DNA of 64,000 nt from the NCBI GenBank assembly GCA_046262355.1, contig JBHEMX010000092.1, positions 677 through 64,676 on the forward strand, given 5' to 3'. The notes beneath the pieces were generated by a model. It saw only the letters and a list, made by a program, of their open reading frames with translations. It did not search any database and had not been told where the DNA came from. Of the stretch, positions 9,725 through 24,537 are shown one piece after another; position 1 is the first letter of the stretch, and every line of letters starts with the position of its first letter. The position numbers and the translations under genes were made by a program. Source of the DNA: Actinomycetota bacterium (GTDB taxonomy: Bacteria; Actinomycetota; CADDZG01; WHSQ01).

Positions 9725-9739
9725 TCCCGATTTAGTCCC
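9718..9739. repeat. perfect 11-nt tandem duplication GATTTAGTCCC x2 spanning the GNAT stop codon
   Basis: 9718-9728 equals 9729-9739. The TAG stop is at 9722-9724. Confidence 0.9.
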
Positions 9740-9767
9740 TTCGCGCTATTCAGCTTCCTCCCGCTGA

Positions 9768-11336
9768 TTGGCAGAATCTGGAATGCCAGAGAGTGGCAGT
9801 AGGCAAGACGACAAGGGGGAGATCTTGGGACGTACCGGACAGAGGTGGGGCGCGCGCTTGCTCGCCCCGGCGCTTGCGGTCGCGCTGCTCGCCGTCCCGC
9901 TCGTGGGCGGCGTCGCGGTTGCAGATCACGGCGCGCGCACCCTCGACCTCGATCCCGAGGCCGAGAACAGCGGCATCGGCACGAGGCGCTCGATCAAGGG
10001 CATCCTGAGCTCGGCGCCGGACGTTGCGGCGATCGACATCAACTTCGAGATCGCGGGTCCGAACGACCCCGACAACTCGAGCACCGTGGACTCGCCGGAC
10101 CTGTCGTGCACGGTCGAGCTCGGAGCGGTCGACGATGGCGCGACGGCCAACACGGATGAGTCCACGACCTGCACCGTGTCCTACTCGGGCCCGGTCGCGG
10201 GCGACGACGTGGTGCGCGGCTGGATCGCCGATGCGACCCCGGACATGACAGAGGGCCAGGATGCGGGCGACGAGCCCGGGACCCAGCCCGAGCCGGATGC
10301 CACCGACGTCGTCGGGACGCTGTGGTTCGACGGGCTCTCGGGGAGCACGCGCATGGACTGCAGCCCCGAGTCGGCCACCGCTTCCGTCGGTTCGAGCGCC
10401 GACATCTTTACCTGTGAGGTCGTACGGACCTCGAGCGGGGCCGGCGTCGCAGGTGTTCTGGTCGACGGCGAGAAATTGGGCGGCGCCAACGACGGCGACA
10501 ACGCGGCAGCCTTCCCGGCCGACCTCGACGACGCCTGCACGACCGGAGCCGATGGGCGCTGCAAGATAAGGATCGAGGGCAGCTCCGAGGCCGGCACGGC
10601 CGAGATCTGCTTCTGGGCCGACGAAGATGACGATGCCGGCATGCACGCGACCTCCGAGTGGGACGGCGGGGATTGCGACGAGGGCGCGGCCGACGGCCCC
10701 ACGAACCTCAACAAGACCGACGTCGTCAAGATGGCGTGGAAGCACGATCGCTCGGTGACCACCGCAGCGTCTGTGGCCAAGGCCGATTACGGTCAGATGG
10801 TCACGATCGCCGGCGCCATCGATTCGGTCGACGGTGCTTGCGCCGGGGGCGTCGACGTCCACGTCAGCCGCAAGCTCATGGACGGGTCGGTTGAGGACGT
10901 GACGACCGCGACCACGGCAGCCGACGGGAGTTACTCGACGGTCGCCAAGGCCAACCGAGGCGCGAAGTACTCGGCGATCGTCGACGAGGACGCCACGTGC
11001 AGCGCGGCCGCCTCCGGGACTGCCCAGGTGCTCGTCAAGAAGAAGGTGGGCCTCCGTCTCGCAAAGACGAAGGTCGCCAAGGGCAGCAAGGTGCGCATCC
11101 GTGCCGCGCTCAAGCCGTCTGCAAGCCTGGCGAGACAGCGTGTCGTGCTGTTCAAGTCGACGAACGGCGGCGCCACCTTCAAGCGGGTCGCAGCGAAGGA
11201 CACGAACGCCAACGGCGTAGCGTGGTTCGGGTCCAAGGTCCGCAAGGCCACGCTGTTCCAGGCACGCTCGCCGAAGCAGGACGTGAACTACATCGCCGGA
11301 CGTTCAGTGGCGAAGCTGGTTCAGATCAGGAAGTAG
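9768..11336 (+). CDS. secreted acidic protein of unknown function, Ig-like repeats likely
   Basis: Signal-peptide-like RWGARLLAPALAVALLAVPLVGGVAVA. Asp/Gly/Thr-rich body with paired Cys. Lys-rich C-terminal about 100 aa. Start ambiguous (TTG 9768, ATG 9783, or TTG 9825 preceded by AAGGGGGAG). Confidence 0.6.
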   Translation: MAESGMPESGSRQDDKGEILGRTGQRWGARLLAPALAVALLAVPLVGGVAVADHGARTLDLDPEAENSGIGTRRSIKGILSSAPDVAAIDINFEIAGPNDPDNSSTVDSPDLSCTVELGAVDDGATANTDESTTCTVSYSGPVAGDDVVRGWIADATPDMTEGQDAGDEPGTQPEPDATDVVGTLWFDGLSGSTRMDCSPESATASVGSSADIFTCEVVRTSSGAGVAGVLVDGEKLGGANDGDNAAAFPADLDDACTTGADGRCKIRIEGSSEAGTAEICFWADEDDDAGMHATSEWDGGDCDEGAADGPTNLNKTDVVKMAWKHDRSVTTAASVAKADYGQMVTIAGAIDSVDGACAGGVDVHVSRKLMDGSVEDVTTATTAADGSYSTVAKANRGAKYSAIVDEDATCSAAASGTAQVLVKKKVGLRLAKTKVAKGSKVRIRAALKPSASLARQRVVLFKSTNGGATFKRVAAKDTNANGVAWFGSKVRKATLFQARSPKQDVNYIAGRSVAKLVQIRK

Positions 11337-11350
11337 CAAGCCTGAGGTAC

Positions 11351-11392
11351 GAGACCGGGGCGGCCTCCGCGAGAGGGGGCCGCCCCGGTCTC
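11351..11392 (+). terminator. strong stem-loop downstream of the secreted-protein gene
   Basis: GAGACCGGGGCGGCC (11351-11365) pairs perfectly with GGCCGCCCCGGTCTC (11378-11392), with a 12-nt loop. No clear U-tract. Confidence 0.6.
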
Positions 11393-11429
11393 TCTCAGTC
11401 ACCGCACCGTCACCGAGAGGAGCACCCCC

Positions 11430-11645
11430 ATGGCCGCCGTCGATTGCTCGAACCACAAGTGCATCAAGCCGGCAAGCATCCACCTGCTGCACCCGCTCGA
11501 GGGCAAGGCCCCAGAGGCCGTGGGCTTCTGGCTCTGCCGCGAGCACGCGGGTGAGCTCGAGGCGGTGCGGCGCTCGCCGGAGGGGGCGACGACCAAGAAG
11601 GGCTCGGCTCTGCTGCGACGGGTCCGGGCACTCGCCGCATCGTAG
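11430..11645 (+). CDS. small hypothetical Cys/His-containing protein
   Basis: 71 aa. GAGAGGAG SD 7 nt upstream of the ATG. Strong G/C preference at third codon positions. Confidence 0.45.
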   Translation: MAAVDCSNHKCIKPASIHLLHPLEGKAPEAVGFWLCREHAGELEAVRRSPEGATTKKGSALLRRVRALAAS

Positions 11646-11671
11646 TTCCCCAACGCGGGGAAACTCGGCCG

Positions 11672-12073
11672 CTAGCTCCCCGGACCGGAGCCGTCATCTT
11701 CACCGCTCCCGTCCCCGAGGGTTGCGATCAGCCCCTCGATCAACGCCCGTTCCTCCTCATCGGAGAGGCGGGCACCGGGATGGGCGAGCGTGTAGCGCAG
11801 CGGAGGCATCTCGCCCTCCGCGACGGTCTCCGCGGCCTTGTCGCCGTCGTCCTGCGCGCGATCCCACTCCGATAGGTTCAGCTCATCCCTGCCCCTGTCG
11901 ACGTCGCGCTGCTGCAGCCATGAGATCGGAGCGATGTTCGAGGACCAGGGCCACTCGGTCTCGTTGCTATGACAGTCGAAACACGCCCGAACGGCAAGCA
12001 CACGCGTGCGGGGACTGTTCCAGTTCGGCTCTCCGGTCACCGGCGGGTCGTCGTGGTTCCGGCCGTAGGGCAC
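11672..12073 (-). CDS. heme-binding-domain protein (Haem_bd family), apparently N-terminally disrupted
   Basis: PYGRNHDDPPV...ACFDCHSNETEWPWSSNIAPISWL matches the CxxCH-type Haem_bd family. The expected signal anchor (MKKVLGVALASGLVIFG from ATG 12137) lies upstream in another frame; see findings. Confidence 0.65.
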   Translation of the reverse strand: MPYGRNHDDPPVTGEPNWNSPRTRVLAVRACFDCHSNETEWPWSSNIAPISWLQQRDVDRGRDELNLSEWDRAQDDGDKAAETVAEGEMPPLRYTLAHPGARLSDEEERALIEGLIATLGDGSGEDDGSGPGS

Positions 12074-12528
12074 GAGCTGGATGAGGACCGAAGATCACGA
12101 GGCCGCTCGCGAGCGCCACGCCCAGCACCTTCTTCATCGCTCCTCGCTTCTCTCTTTCTCCTTCGGCGCGCCCATGTCCGTCTTACGACGCGGCCACCGG
12201 AACGGATCGAGCTTCGTTGGGGCCTCGCCCTCGGATCCGGCTTCGTGGGGGCGCCCTCCCTCGACCGAGCCGAAGCTCTACCCATACGAGCGATGGGTAA
12301 GCGGGCGTCGGCCTCCCATAATCGCCGAGGGAGTTGCTAGGCGGAGACGAGGGCCTCAGGACGCGACCGTACCCCCCGTGTCCCCTGAGGTCCTCGTCCG
12401 TCTTGCGGGGACGGCATCGGCATCGGGGCGTCATCTCGGGCGCCCGGCGTGCTAACCTGAGGCCTCGATCCCTCCCCCGCAGTTCGGACCCTTTACGAAG
12501 CGCGTCCGACCGAGCCGAGGAAGGCCGC

Positions 12529-12822
12529 GTGAACAGGCAGTACAAACGGATGATGAAGAAGGAGCAGCAGCGCAAGGCTGCGGCTCCTCGCCCCCAGGTC
12601 AAGGCTCCCGGCGCACCCGCCCGCAAGGAGCGCACGAAGCCGCGCCAGTTCGTGAAGGAGGTCGCGGCCGAGCTGCAGAAGGTCGCCTGGCCGACGCGCC
12701 AGGAGGTCGTTTCGTACTCGCTCGTGGTGATCGTGGCCGTGATCGTCATCGCGTCGGTCATCTTCGTCATGGACTACGTGTTCACGAAGGCCGTTCTCGC
12801 CCTGTTTGGAGTTGATGTCTAG
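12529..12822 (+). CDS. secE: preprotein translocase subunit SecE
   Basis: GTG 12529 preceded by GAGGAAGG. C-terminal PRQFVKEVAAELQKVAWPTRQEVVSYSLVVIVAVIVIASVIFVMD is the SecE TM/amphipathic signature. Position is immediately upstream of nusG. Alternative ATG at 12550. Confidence 0.85.
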   Translation: MNRQYKRMMKKEQQRKAAAPRPQVKAPGAPARKERTKPRQFVKEVAAELQKVAWPTRQEVVSYSLVVIVAVIVIASVIFVMDYVFTKAVLALFGVDV

Positions 12823-12950
12823 ATGAGCGATACGCAGGGGACTTGCGCACTGCCTGAGGCGGCCCGGCTCCGCTCGAGGCGGAGCCACGAGGAGCGCGGA
12901 GAGAAGCGCATCGGCGGTCGGCTTGGCGCGCGCGGAAAGAAGGAAGCAGC

Positions 12951-13907
12951 ATGAGCGAGACCGAGTTGGAGCGCAGCGAGACCGGCCTCGAGGTCGGCGC
13001 GCCGTCCGACGTGAACGAGGGTGAGAGCCCCTACAACCCGGCGGTTGCCCAGCCCTTGAGTGACGCCGCGGGCACCGCGGTGGACCCGGCGAGCCCCGAG
13101 GTGGACGCCCAGGAGATCGTCGAGGACGGCGACACCCATGCGTCGCACGCGGCGGAGGAGTTGCAGCCCGACGCCACGCAGGACGCCACCGAGCCGCGGG
13201 GCGAGGCCGGGACCGAGGTTGCGGAGTCGCACGGTGCGGCCGAGACCGAGGTCGCGCAGCCGGAGCCCGAGCAGGACGCCGCCGAGCCGCAGGCCGGGCA
13301 GGACGCTGCCGAGCCGCAGGCCGGGGCGGAAGCGGACGAGTTCGTCCTCGACGATTTCGAGATCCCGCTCATGGAGCGCCCCGGGGACTGGTTCGTGATC
13401 CACACCTACGCGGGCTACGAGAACAGGGTAAAGGCGAACCTCGAGTCGCGCATCTCGTCGATGAACGTCGAAGACAGGATCTTCGAGTGCGTGATCCCGA
13501 TGGAAGACGTCATGGAGATAAAGCAGGGCAAGAAGCAGGTCGTACAGAAGAAGGTCTTCCCCGGTTATCTCATGGTGAGGATGTACCTCGACGACGATTC
13601 CTGGTACGTCGTGCGCAACACGCCCGGCGTCACGGGGTTCGTCGGGTCCGGAGCGCGCCCGACCCCGCTGTCGAGCAAGGAGGTCGAGAAGATCCTCCAG
13701 GTCAAGCCCGAGGACAAGAAGAAGCTGCGTCCGCGGCTCGAGTTCGAGGAGCAGGAGAGCGTGCGGGTCGTCTCCGGCCCCTTCGCCAACTTCACCGGCA
13801 CGATCTCGGAGATCAACGTCGACCAATCGAAGCTCAAGGTGCTCGTCAACATCTTCGGCCGTGAGACCCCGGTCGAGCTTGGCTTCGACCAGGTCGCCAA
13901 GCTCTAA
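12951..13907 (+). CDS. nusG: transcription termination/antitermination factor NusG with long acidic N-terminal extension
   Basis: [23 protein letters not shown] (NGN domain) and a C-terminal KOW domain ([40 protein letters not shown]). About 130-aa Glu/Ala/Pro-rich N-terminus. Confidence 0.95.
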   Translation: MSETELERSETGLEVGAPSDVNEGESPYNPAVAQPLSDAAGTAVDPASPEVDAQEIVEDGDTHASHAAEELQPDATQDATEPRGEAGTEVAESHGAAETEVAQPEPEQDAAEPQAGQDAAEPQAGAEADEFVLDDFEIPLMERPGDWFVIHTYAGYENRVKANLESRISSMNVEDRIFECVIPMEDVMEIKQGKKQVVQKKVFPGYLMVRMYLDDDSWYVVRNTPGVTGFVGSGARPTPLSSKEVEKILQVKPEDKKKLRPRLEFEEQESVRVVSGPFANFTGTISEINVDQSKLKVLVNIFGRETPVELGFDQVAKL

Positions 13908-13925
13908 GCACGGAGGGAACACGCA

Positions 13926-14360
13926 GTGACGCAGGGACGTCGCAAGAAGGTAGCGCAGGTGCTCAAGCTGCAGATAACGGGAGGCCAGGCGACGCCGGCG
14001 CCTCCGGTTGGTCCCGCCCTCGGCCAGGCTGGGATCAACATCATGGAGTTCTGCAAGCAGTACAACGCCGCGACGCAAGGCTCCACGGGGACGATCGTGC
14101 CGGTGGAGATCACCGTCTACGAGGACCGCTCGTTCACCTTCGTGACCAAGACGCCGCCTGCGGCCGTGCTGCTCAAGCAGAAGGCGGGGCTCGACAAGGG
14201 CTCGAGCCAGGCGTCGCGCGAGGGGGTCGGCACGGTGTCGCGTGACGAGCTCAGGGACATCGCCGAGCAGAAGATGCCCGACCTCAACGCCAACGACGTC
14301 GAGGCGGCGATGAAGATCATCGAGGGCACCGCCCGCAGCATGGGCATCACCGTCGGATAA
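13926..14360 (+). CDS. rplK: 50S ribosomal protein L11
   Basis: [44 protein letters not shown] start. Confidence 0.97.
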   Translation: MTQGRRKKVAQVLKLQITGGQATPAPPVGPALGQAGINIMEFCKQYNAATQGSTGTIVPVEITVYEDRSFTFVTKTPPAAVLLKQKAGLDKGSSQASREGVGTVSRDELRDIAEQKMPDLNANDVEAAMKIIEGTARSMGITVG

Positions 14361-14377
14361 ACCGGGAACCTTAAGCA

Positions 14378-14412
14378 GTGGGAGGCGGAGGCGAGACTCC
14401 GCCGCGGACCAC
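14378..14412 (+). promoter_or_regulatory. candidate L1-binding mRNA stem-loop directly upstream of the rplA SD
   Basis: GGCGGAG (14384-14390) pairs with CTCCGCC (14397-14403). An outer GTGG (14378-14381) / CCAC (14409-14412) helix leaves an asymmetric internal loop. The rplA SD GAGGAGG follows at 14413-14419. Confidence 0.35.
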
Positions 14413-14428
14413 GAGGAGGTTGAGCGCG

Positions 14429-15121
14429 ATGGCGCAACGCGGCAAGCGGTACTCACAGGCGGTCGAAGCGATCGACCGCGAGCGGCTCTATCCGCCGCGC
14501 GACGCGATCGCGGTGCTCAAGTCGCTGCCGCCGGGCAGGTTCGACGAGACCGTCGAGCTGAACATGCGGCTCGGGGTGGATCCGCGCAAGGCGGACCAGA
14601 TGGTGCGCGGGGCGGTGTCCCTGCCCAAGGGCACCGGCAAGACCGTGCGCGTGGCGGCTTTCGCCAAGGGGCCGCAGGCGCGCGACGCGGAGGACGCGGG
14701 CGCGGACGTCGTCGGCGCGGAGGACCTCGTCGAACGCATCCAGGGAGGTTGGCTCGAGTTCGACGCCGCCGTTGCGGCTCCCTCGATGATGCCGCTCGTG
14801 GGGCGCCTCGGCCGCGTTCTGGGCCCGCGCGGCCTCATGCCGAACCCGAAGTCGGGCACGGTGACCGACGACGTCGCCAAGGCGGTGAGGGACCTGAAGG
14901 GCGGGCTCGTCGAGTACCGCACCGACCGTCATGGCAACCTCCATCTCATCATCGGCAAGAAGTCGTTCACCGAGGACGACCTGCTCGAGAACTTCTCGTC
15001 GGTGCTCGACGAGGTTCAGCGAGCCAAGCCCGCGGCGGCCAAGGGCCGCTACCTCAAGGGCATCACGCTGTCGACGACGATGGGTCCGGGCGTGCGCGTC
15101 GACTCGCAGACGCCGGGGTAG
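14429..15121 (+). CDS. rplA: 50S ribosomal protein L1
   Basis: In-frame ATG 14429 ([21 protein letters not shown]) with SD GAGGAGG. The ORF-track start at 14378 is a run-on. Confidence 0.95.
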   Translation: MAQRGKRYSQAVEAIDRERLYPPRDAIAVLKSLPPGRFDETVELNMRLGVDPRKADQMVRGAVSLPKGTGKTVRVAAFAKGPQARDAEDAGADVVGAEDLVERIQGGWLEFDAAVAAPSMMPLVGRLGRVLGPRGLMPNPKSGTVTDDVAKAVRDLKGGLVEYRTDRHGNLHLIIGKKSFTEDDLLENFSSVLDEVQRAKPAAAKGRYLKGITLSTTMGPGVRVDSQTPG

Positions 15122-15294
15122 ATGCGGCGCGCCGGATGATAACCTCGGCGCCGTAGGCCCCAGACCGCCGGCGGGAGCGATCCCCCAAGCCACGTGGACC
15201 GGCGCAGGCCGATCGAGCGGAACTCAACGAACGCGCGGTCGCCCGGGCTGGGGCGGCCGTTTTTTTTGTTGCCCATCTGTGTGAGGAGTCGCAA
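15122..15294 (+). promoter_or_regulatory. rplJ 5' leader (L10-leader-like attenuator region)
   Basis: 173-nt untranslated spacer ahead of rplJ-rplL, ending in a hairpin plus a T8 tract. Its position matches the L10(L12)4 autoregulatory leaders of other Gram-positives. Confidence 0.5.
15237..15267 (+). terminator. intrinsic terminator/attenuator hairpin with T8 tract
   Basis: GGTCGCCC (15237-15244) pairs with GGGCGGCC (15251-15258), including one G-U pair, followed by TTTTTTTT (15260-15267). A T8 run is very unusual in this GC-rich window. Confidence 0.65.
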
Positions 15295-15858
15295 ATGGCT
15301 CGACCGGAGAAGGTGCAGGCGGTGGAGGACATCGGCGAGCGCTTCGCCGGCGCACAGGCCGCGCTGCTCGCGGAGTATCGCGGGCTCTCGGTGGTCGACA
15401 TGGCCGAGGTCCGTAGAGCGCTGCGCGCGGCCGAGGCCGACCTCAAGGTGCTCAAGAACACCCTCGCCCGGATCGCCGTGCGAGAGGCCGGTCTCGAGGA
15501 CCTCGTCGAGTTCCTCGAGGGCCCGACGGCGATCGCGTTCTGCAGGGGCGACGCGATAGAGGCGGCCAAGGCCCTCGACGAGGCGACGCGGAGGTTCCCC
15601 GTGCTCCAGGTCAAGGGCGGTGTCCTGCGCGGCAAGGTGATCAGCGGCGATCAGGCCAGGGCGCTGGCTCGGCTCGGATCGCGCGAGGTGCAGCTCGCGA
15701 AGATCGCGCTGCTCGTGAACTCGCCGGCGCAGCAGACGGCCAACGTGTTCGCCGCGCTGTTGAGGAACCTGGGCTCGATGCTTGCCCAGGTAGTGACGCA
15801 GAAAGAGGCAGTGACGGAGGAAGAGGCCACCGCCGGCCCCCGGGCCGAGGCGAGTTAA
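15295..15858 (+). CDS. rplJ: 50S ribosomal protein L10
   Basis: [44 protein letters not shown]. Confidence 0.96.
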   Translation: MARPEKVQAVEDIGERFAGAQAALLAEYRGLSVVDMAEVRRALRAAEADLKVLKNTLARIAVREAGLEDLVEFLEGPTAIAFCRGDAIEAAKALDEATRRFPVLQVKGGVLRGKVISGDQARALARLGSREVQLAKIALLVNSPAQQTANVFAALLRNLGSMLAQVVTQKEAVTEEEATAGPRAEAS

Positions 15859-15874
15859 GGAAAGGACGGAGATC

Positions 15875-16273
15875 ATGGCGGAGAAAACGCTGTCTCAGGA
15901 CCAGGTGCTCGATGCGATCGCGGGATGGACGGTGCTCGAGCTCTCGGAGTTCGTCAAGGCGTTCGAGGACAAGTTCGGGGTGACTGCGGCGGCGCCGGTG
16001 ACGGTGGCGGCAGGGCCTGCCGCCGCGGGCGGCGACGGAGCTGCCGCCGCAGAGGAGGAGCAGGACGAATTCGACGTCGTCCTGACGGCCGCCGGCGACA
16101 AGAAGATCCAGGTCATCAAAGAGGTCCGGTCGCTCACGAGCCTCGGGCTCAAGGAGGCCAAGGACCTCGTCGACTCGGCGCCGAAGGCGGTGCTCGAGAA
16201 GATCGCGAAGGAGCAGGCGGACGAGGCGCGCGGCAAGCTCGAGGGCGCCGGCGCCACGGTCGAGGTCAAGTAG
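15875..16273 (+). CDS. rplL: 50S ribosomal protein L7/L12
   Basis: Ala-rich hinge and C-terminal [34 protein letters not shown]...GATVEVK. Confidence 0.97.
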   Translation: MAEKTLSQDQVLDAIAGWTVLELSEFVKAFEDKFGVTAAAPVTVAAGPAAAGGDGAAAAEEEQDEFDVVLTAAGDKKIQVIKEVRSLTSLGLKEAKDLVDSAPKAVLEKIAKEQADEARGKLEGAGATVEVK

Positions 16274-16326
16274 CCCGTCCCGCTGCCGGCGCGCCGCCCC
16301 GCCGCAACCGGACAAACCGGCCGGCG

Positions 16327-16377
16327 CCCGACCAGATCCCCTCCACCGCCGCCTCGCGACGGCAGAGGCACAAAGGT
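16327..16377. repeat. 51-nt direct repeat, copy 1 (rplL-rpoB spacer)
   Basis: CCCGACCAGATCCCCTCCACCGCCGCCTCGCGACGGCAGAGGCACAAAGGT, identical to 16440-16490. Contains an imperfect hairpin with arms at 16340-16351 and 16357-16368. Confidence 0.9.
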
Positions 16378-16439
16378 CGCCCCCGGGCTTGCGCGGCGAG
16401 GGCCGGGACCCGTGCCGCCAGGCCGGCGGCGCGCCGCGA

Positions 16440-16490
16440 CCCGACCAGATCCCCTCCACCGCCGCCTCGCGACGGCAGAGGCACAAAGGT
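16440..16490. repeat. 51-nt direct repeat, copy 2
   Basis: Perfect copy of 16327-16377, 113 nt downstream. Similarity continues imperfectly for about 14 more nt (..CCCCGG(G)CTTGC). Confidence 0.9.
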
Positions 16491-16670
16491 TTCCCCCGGC
16501 TTGCCCTGATCGCGGCGCGCAACCGGTCGGCGCGGAGAAGGATTCCCGGCGCCGCCTGCCTGAGAAGATCCGGGCCCGCCCGCCCGACGAGACCCGGGTA
16601 GATCCGGGGACTCGGGGTGGTTGACCGGTAGCCTTTCGGGCGCGCCGGGAATAGGTGGGCGCGAAAAGTG

Positions 16671-16700
16671 TTGACCCTGGGGCAGGAAGGGCGCTAAAGT
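16671..16700 (+). promoter_or_regulatory. putative sigma-A promoter (rpoB P1)
   Basis: TTGACC (16671-16676), 18-nt spacer, TAAAGT (16695-16700). Confidence 0.45.
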
Positions 16701-16759
16701 TCCCCTAGCTACCTTTCAAGGAGCATCGATACAGGCAACATCTAGATCAAGCGTCGTGC

Positions 16760-16789
16760 TTGACGCCGGTACGGGCTGCCGCCTATACT
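16760..16789 (+). promoter_or_regulatory. putative sigma-A promoter (rpoB P2)
   Basis: TTGACG (16760-16765), 18-nt spacer, TATACT (16784-16789). About 165 nt upstream of the rpoB start. Confidence 0.5.
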
Positions 16790-16953
16790 GGCGGTTTGCT
16801 GTGTCTGCTCTCCGACCGTCCTCTATGCGTTGTCGCGCGGCTAAGAACCGCCCATCGCGTGCCGGCCGGAGATACGCCGGAAGGGATCGATGACGAGGCC
16901 CCTTCTGCACTGGGGCTGGTTCAACCGTCTAGCAACACACTGAGGAGGCTCGC

Positions 16954-20334
<3,381 letters not shown>

Positions 20335-20339
20335 GCAAC

Positions 20340-24479
<4,140 letters not shown>

Positions 24480-24497
24480 GCAGGCCGCTCGGCCGGG

Positions 24498-24519
24498 GGC
24501 GGGGTGATTTGACCCCGCC
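24498..24519 (+). terminator. stem-loop just downstream of rpoC
   Basis: GGCGGGGT (24498-24505) pairs with ACCCCGCC (24512-24519), with a 6-nt loop. Weak T content afterwards. Overlaps the -35 element of the putative rpsL promoter. Confidence 0.4.
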
Positions 24520-24537
24520 TTCGACGCCTCCTAGTAT
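24509..24537 (+). promoter_or_regulatory. putative sigma-A promoter for the rpsL-rpsG-fusA-tuf operon
   Basis: TTGACC (24509-24514), 17-nt spacer, TAGTAT (24532-24537). This would give a leader of about 365 nt before rpsL. Confidence 0.5.

Noticed and set aside
9757-9800. Sigma-54-like TGGCA motifs (TGGCAGAATCTGGAATGC, TGGCAG)
   Set aside because: The GG-to-GC spacing does not fit the -24/-12 consensus (GC is 3 nt too far), and no enhancer-binding-protein context is visible.
12138-12528. tRNA-Trp or rpmG (L33) upstream of secE
   Set aside because: I scanned both strands for T-arm-like GGTTCGA(A/G)TCC (or GGATTCGAACC on the opposite strand) and for a 50-55-aa Cys-rich Lys/Arg ORF. Neither was found. 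The only ATG-led peptide (MGKRASASHNRRGSC) is not L33-like.
16327-16490. Possible CRISPR array from the 51-nt repeats
   Set aside because: There are only two copies. The flanks are partially similar (so it is a segmental duplication rather than repeat-spacer architecture). No cas genes are present, and the location is inside the rplL-rpoB spacer.
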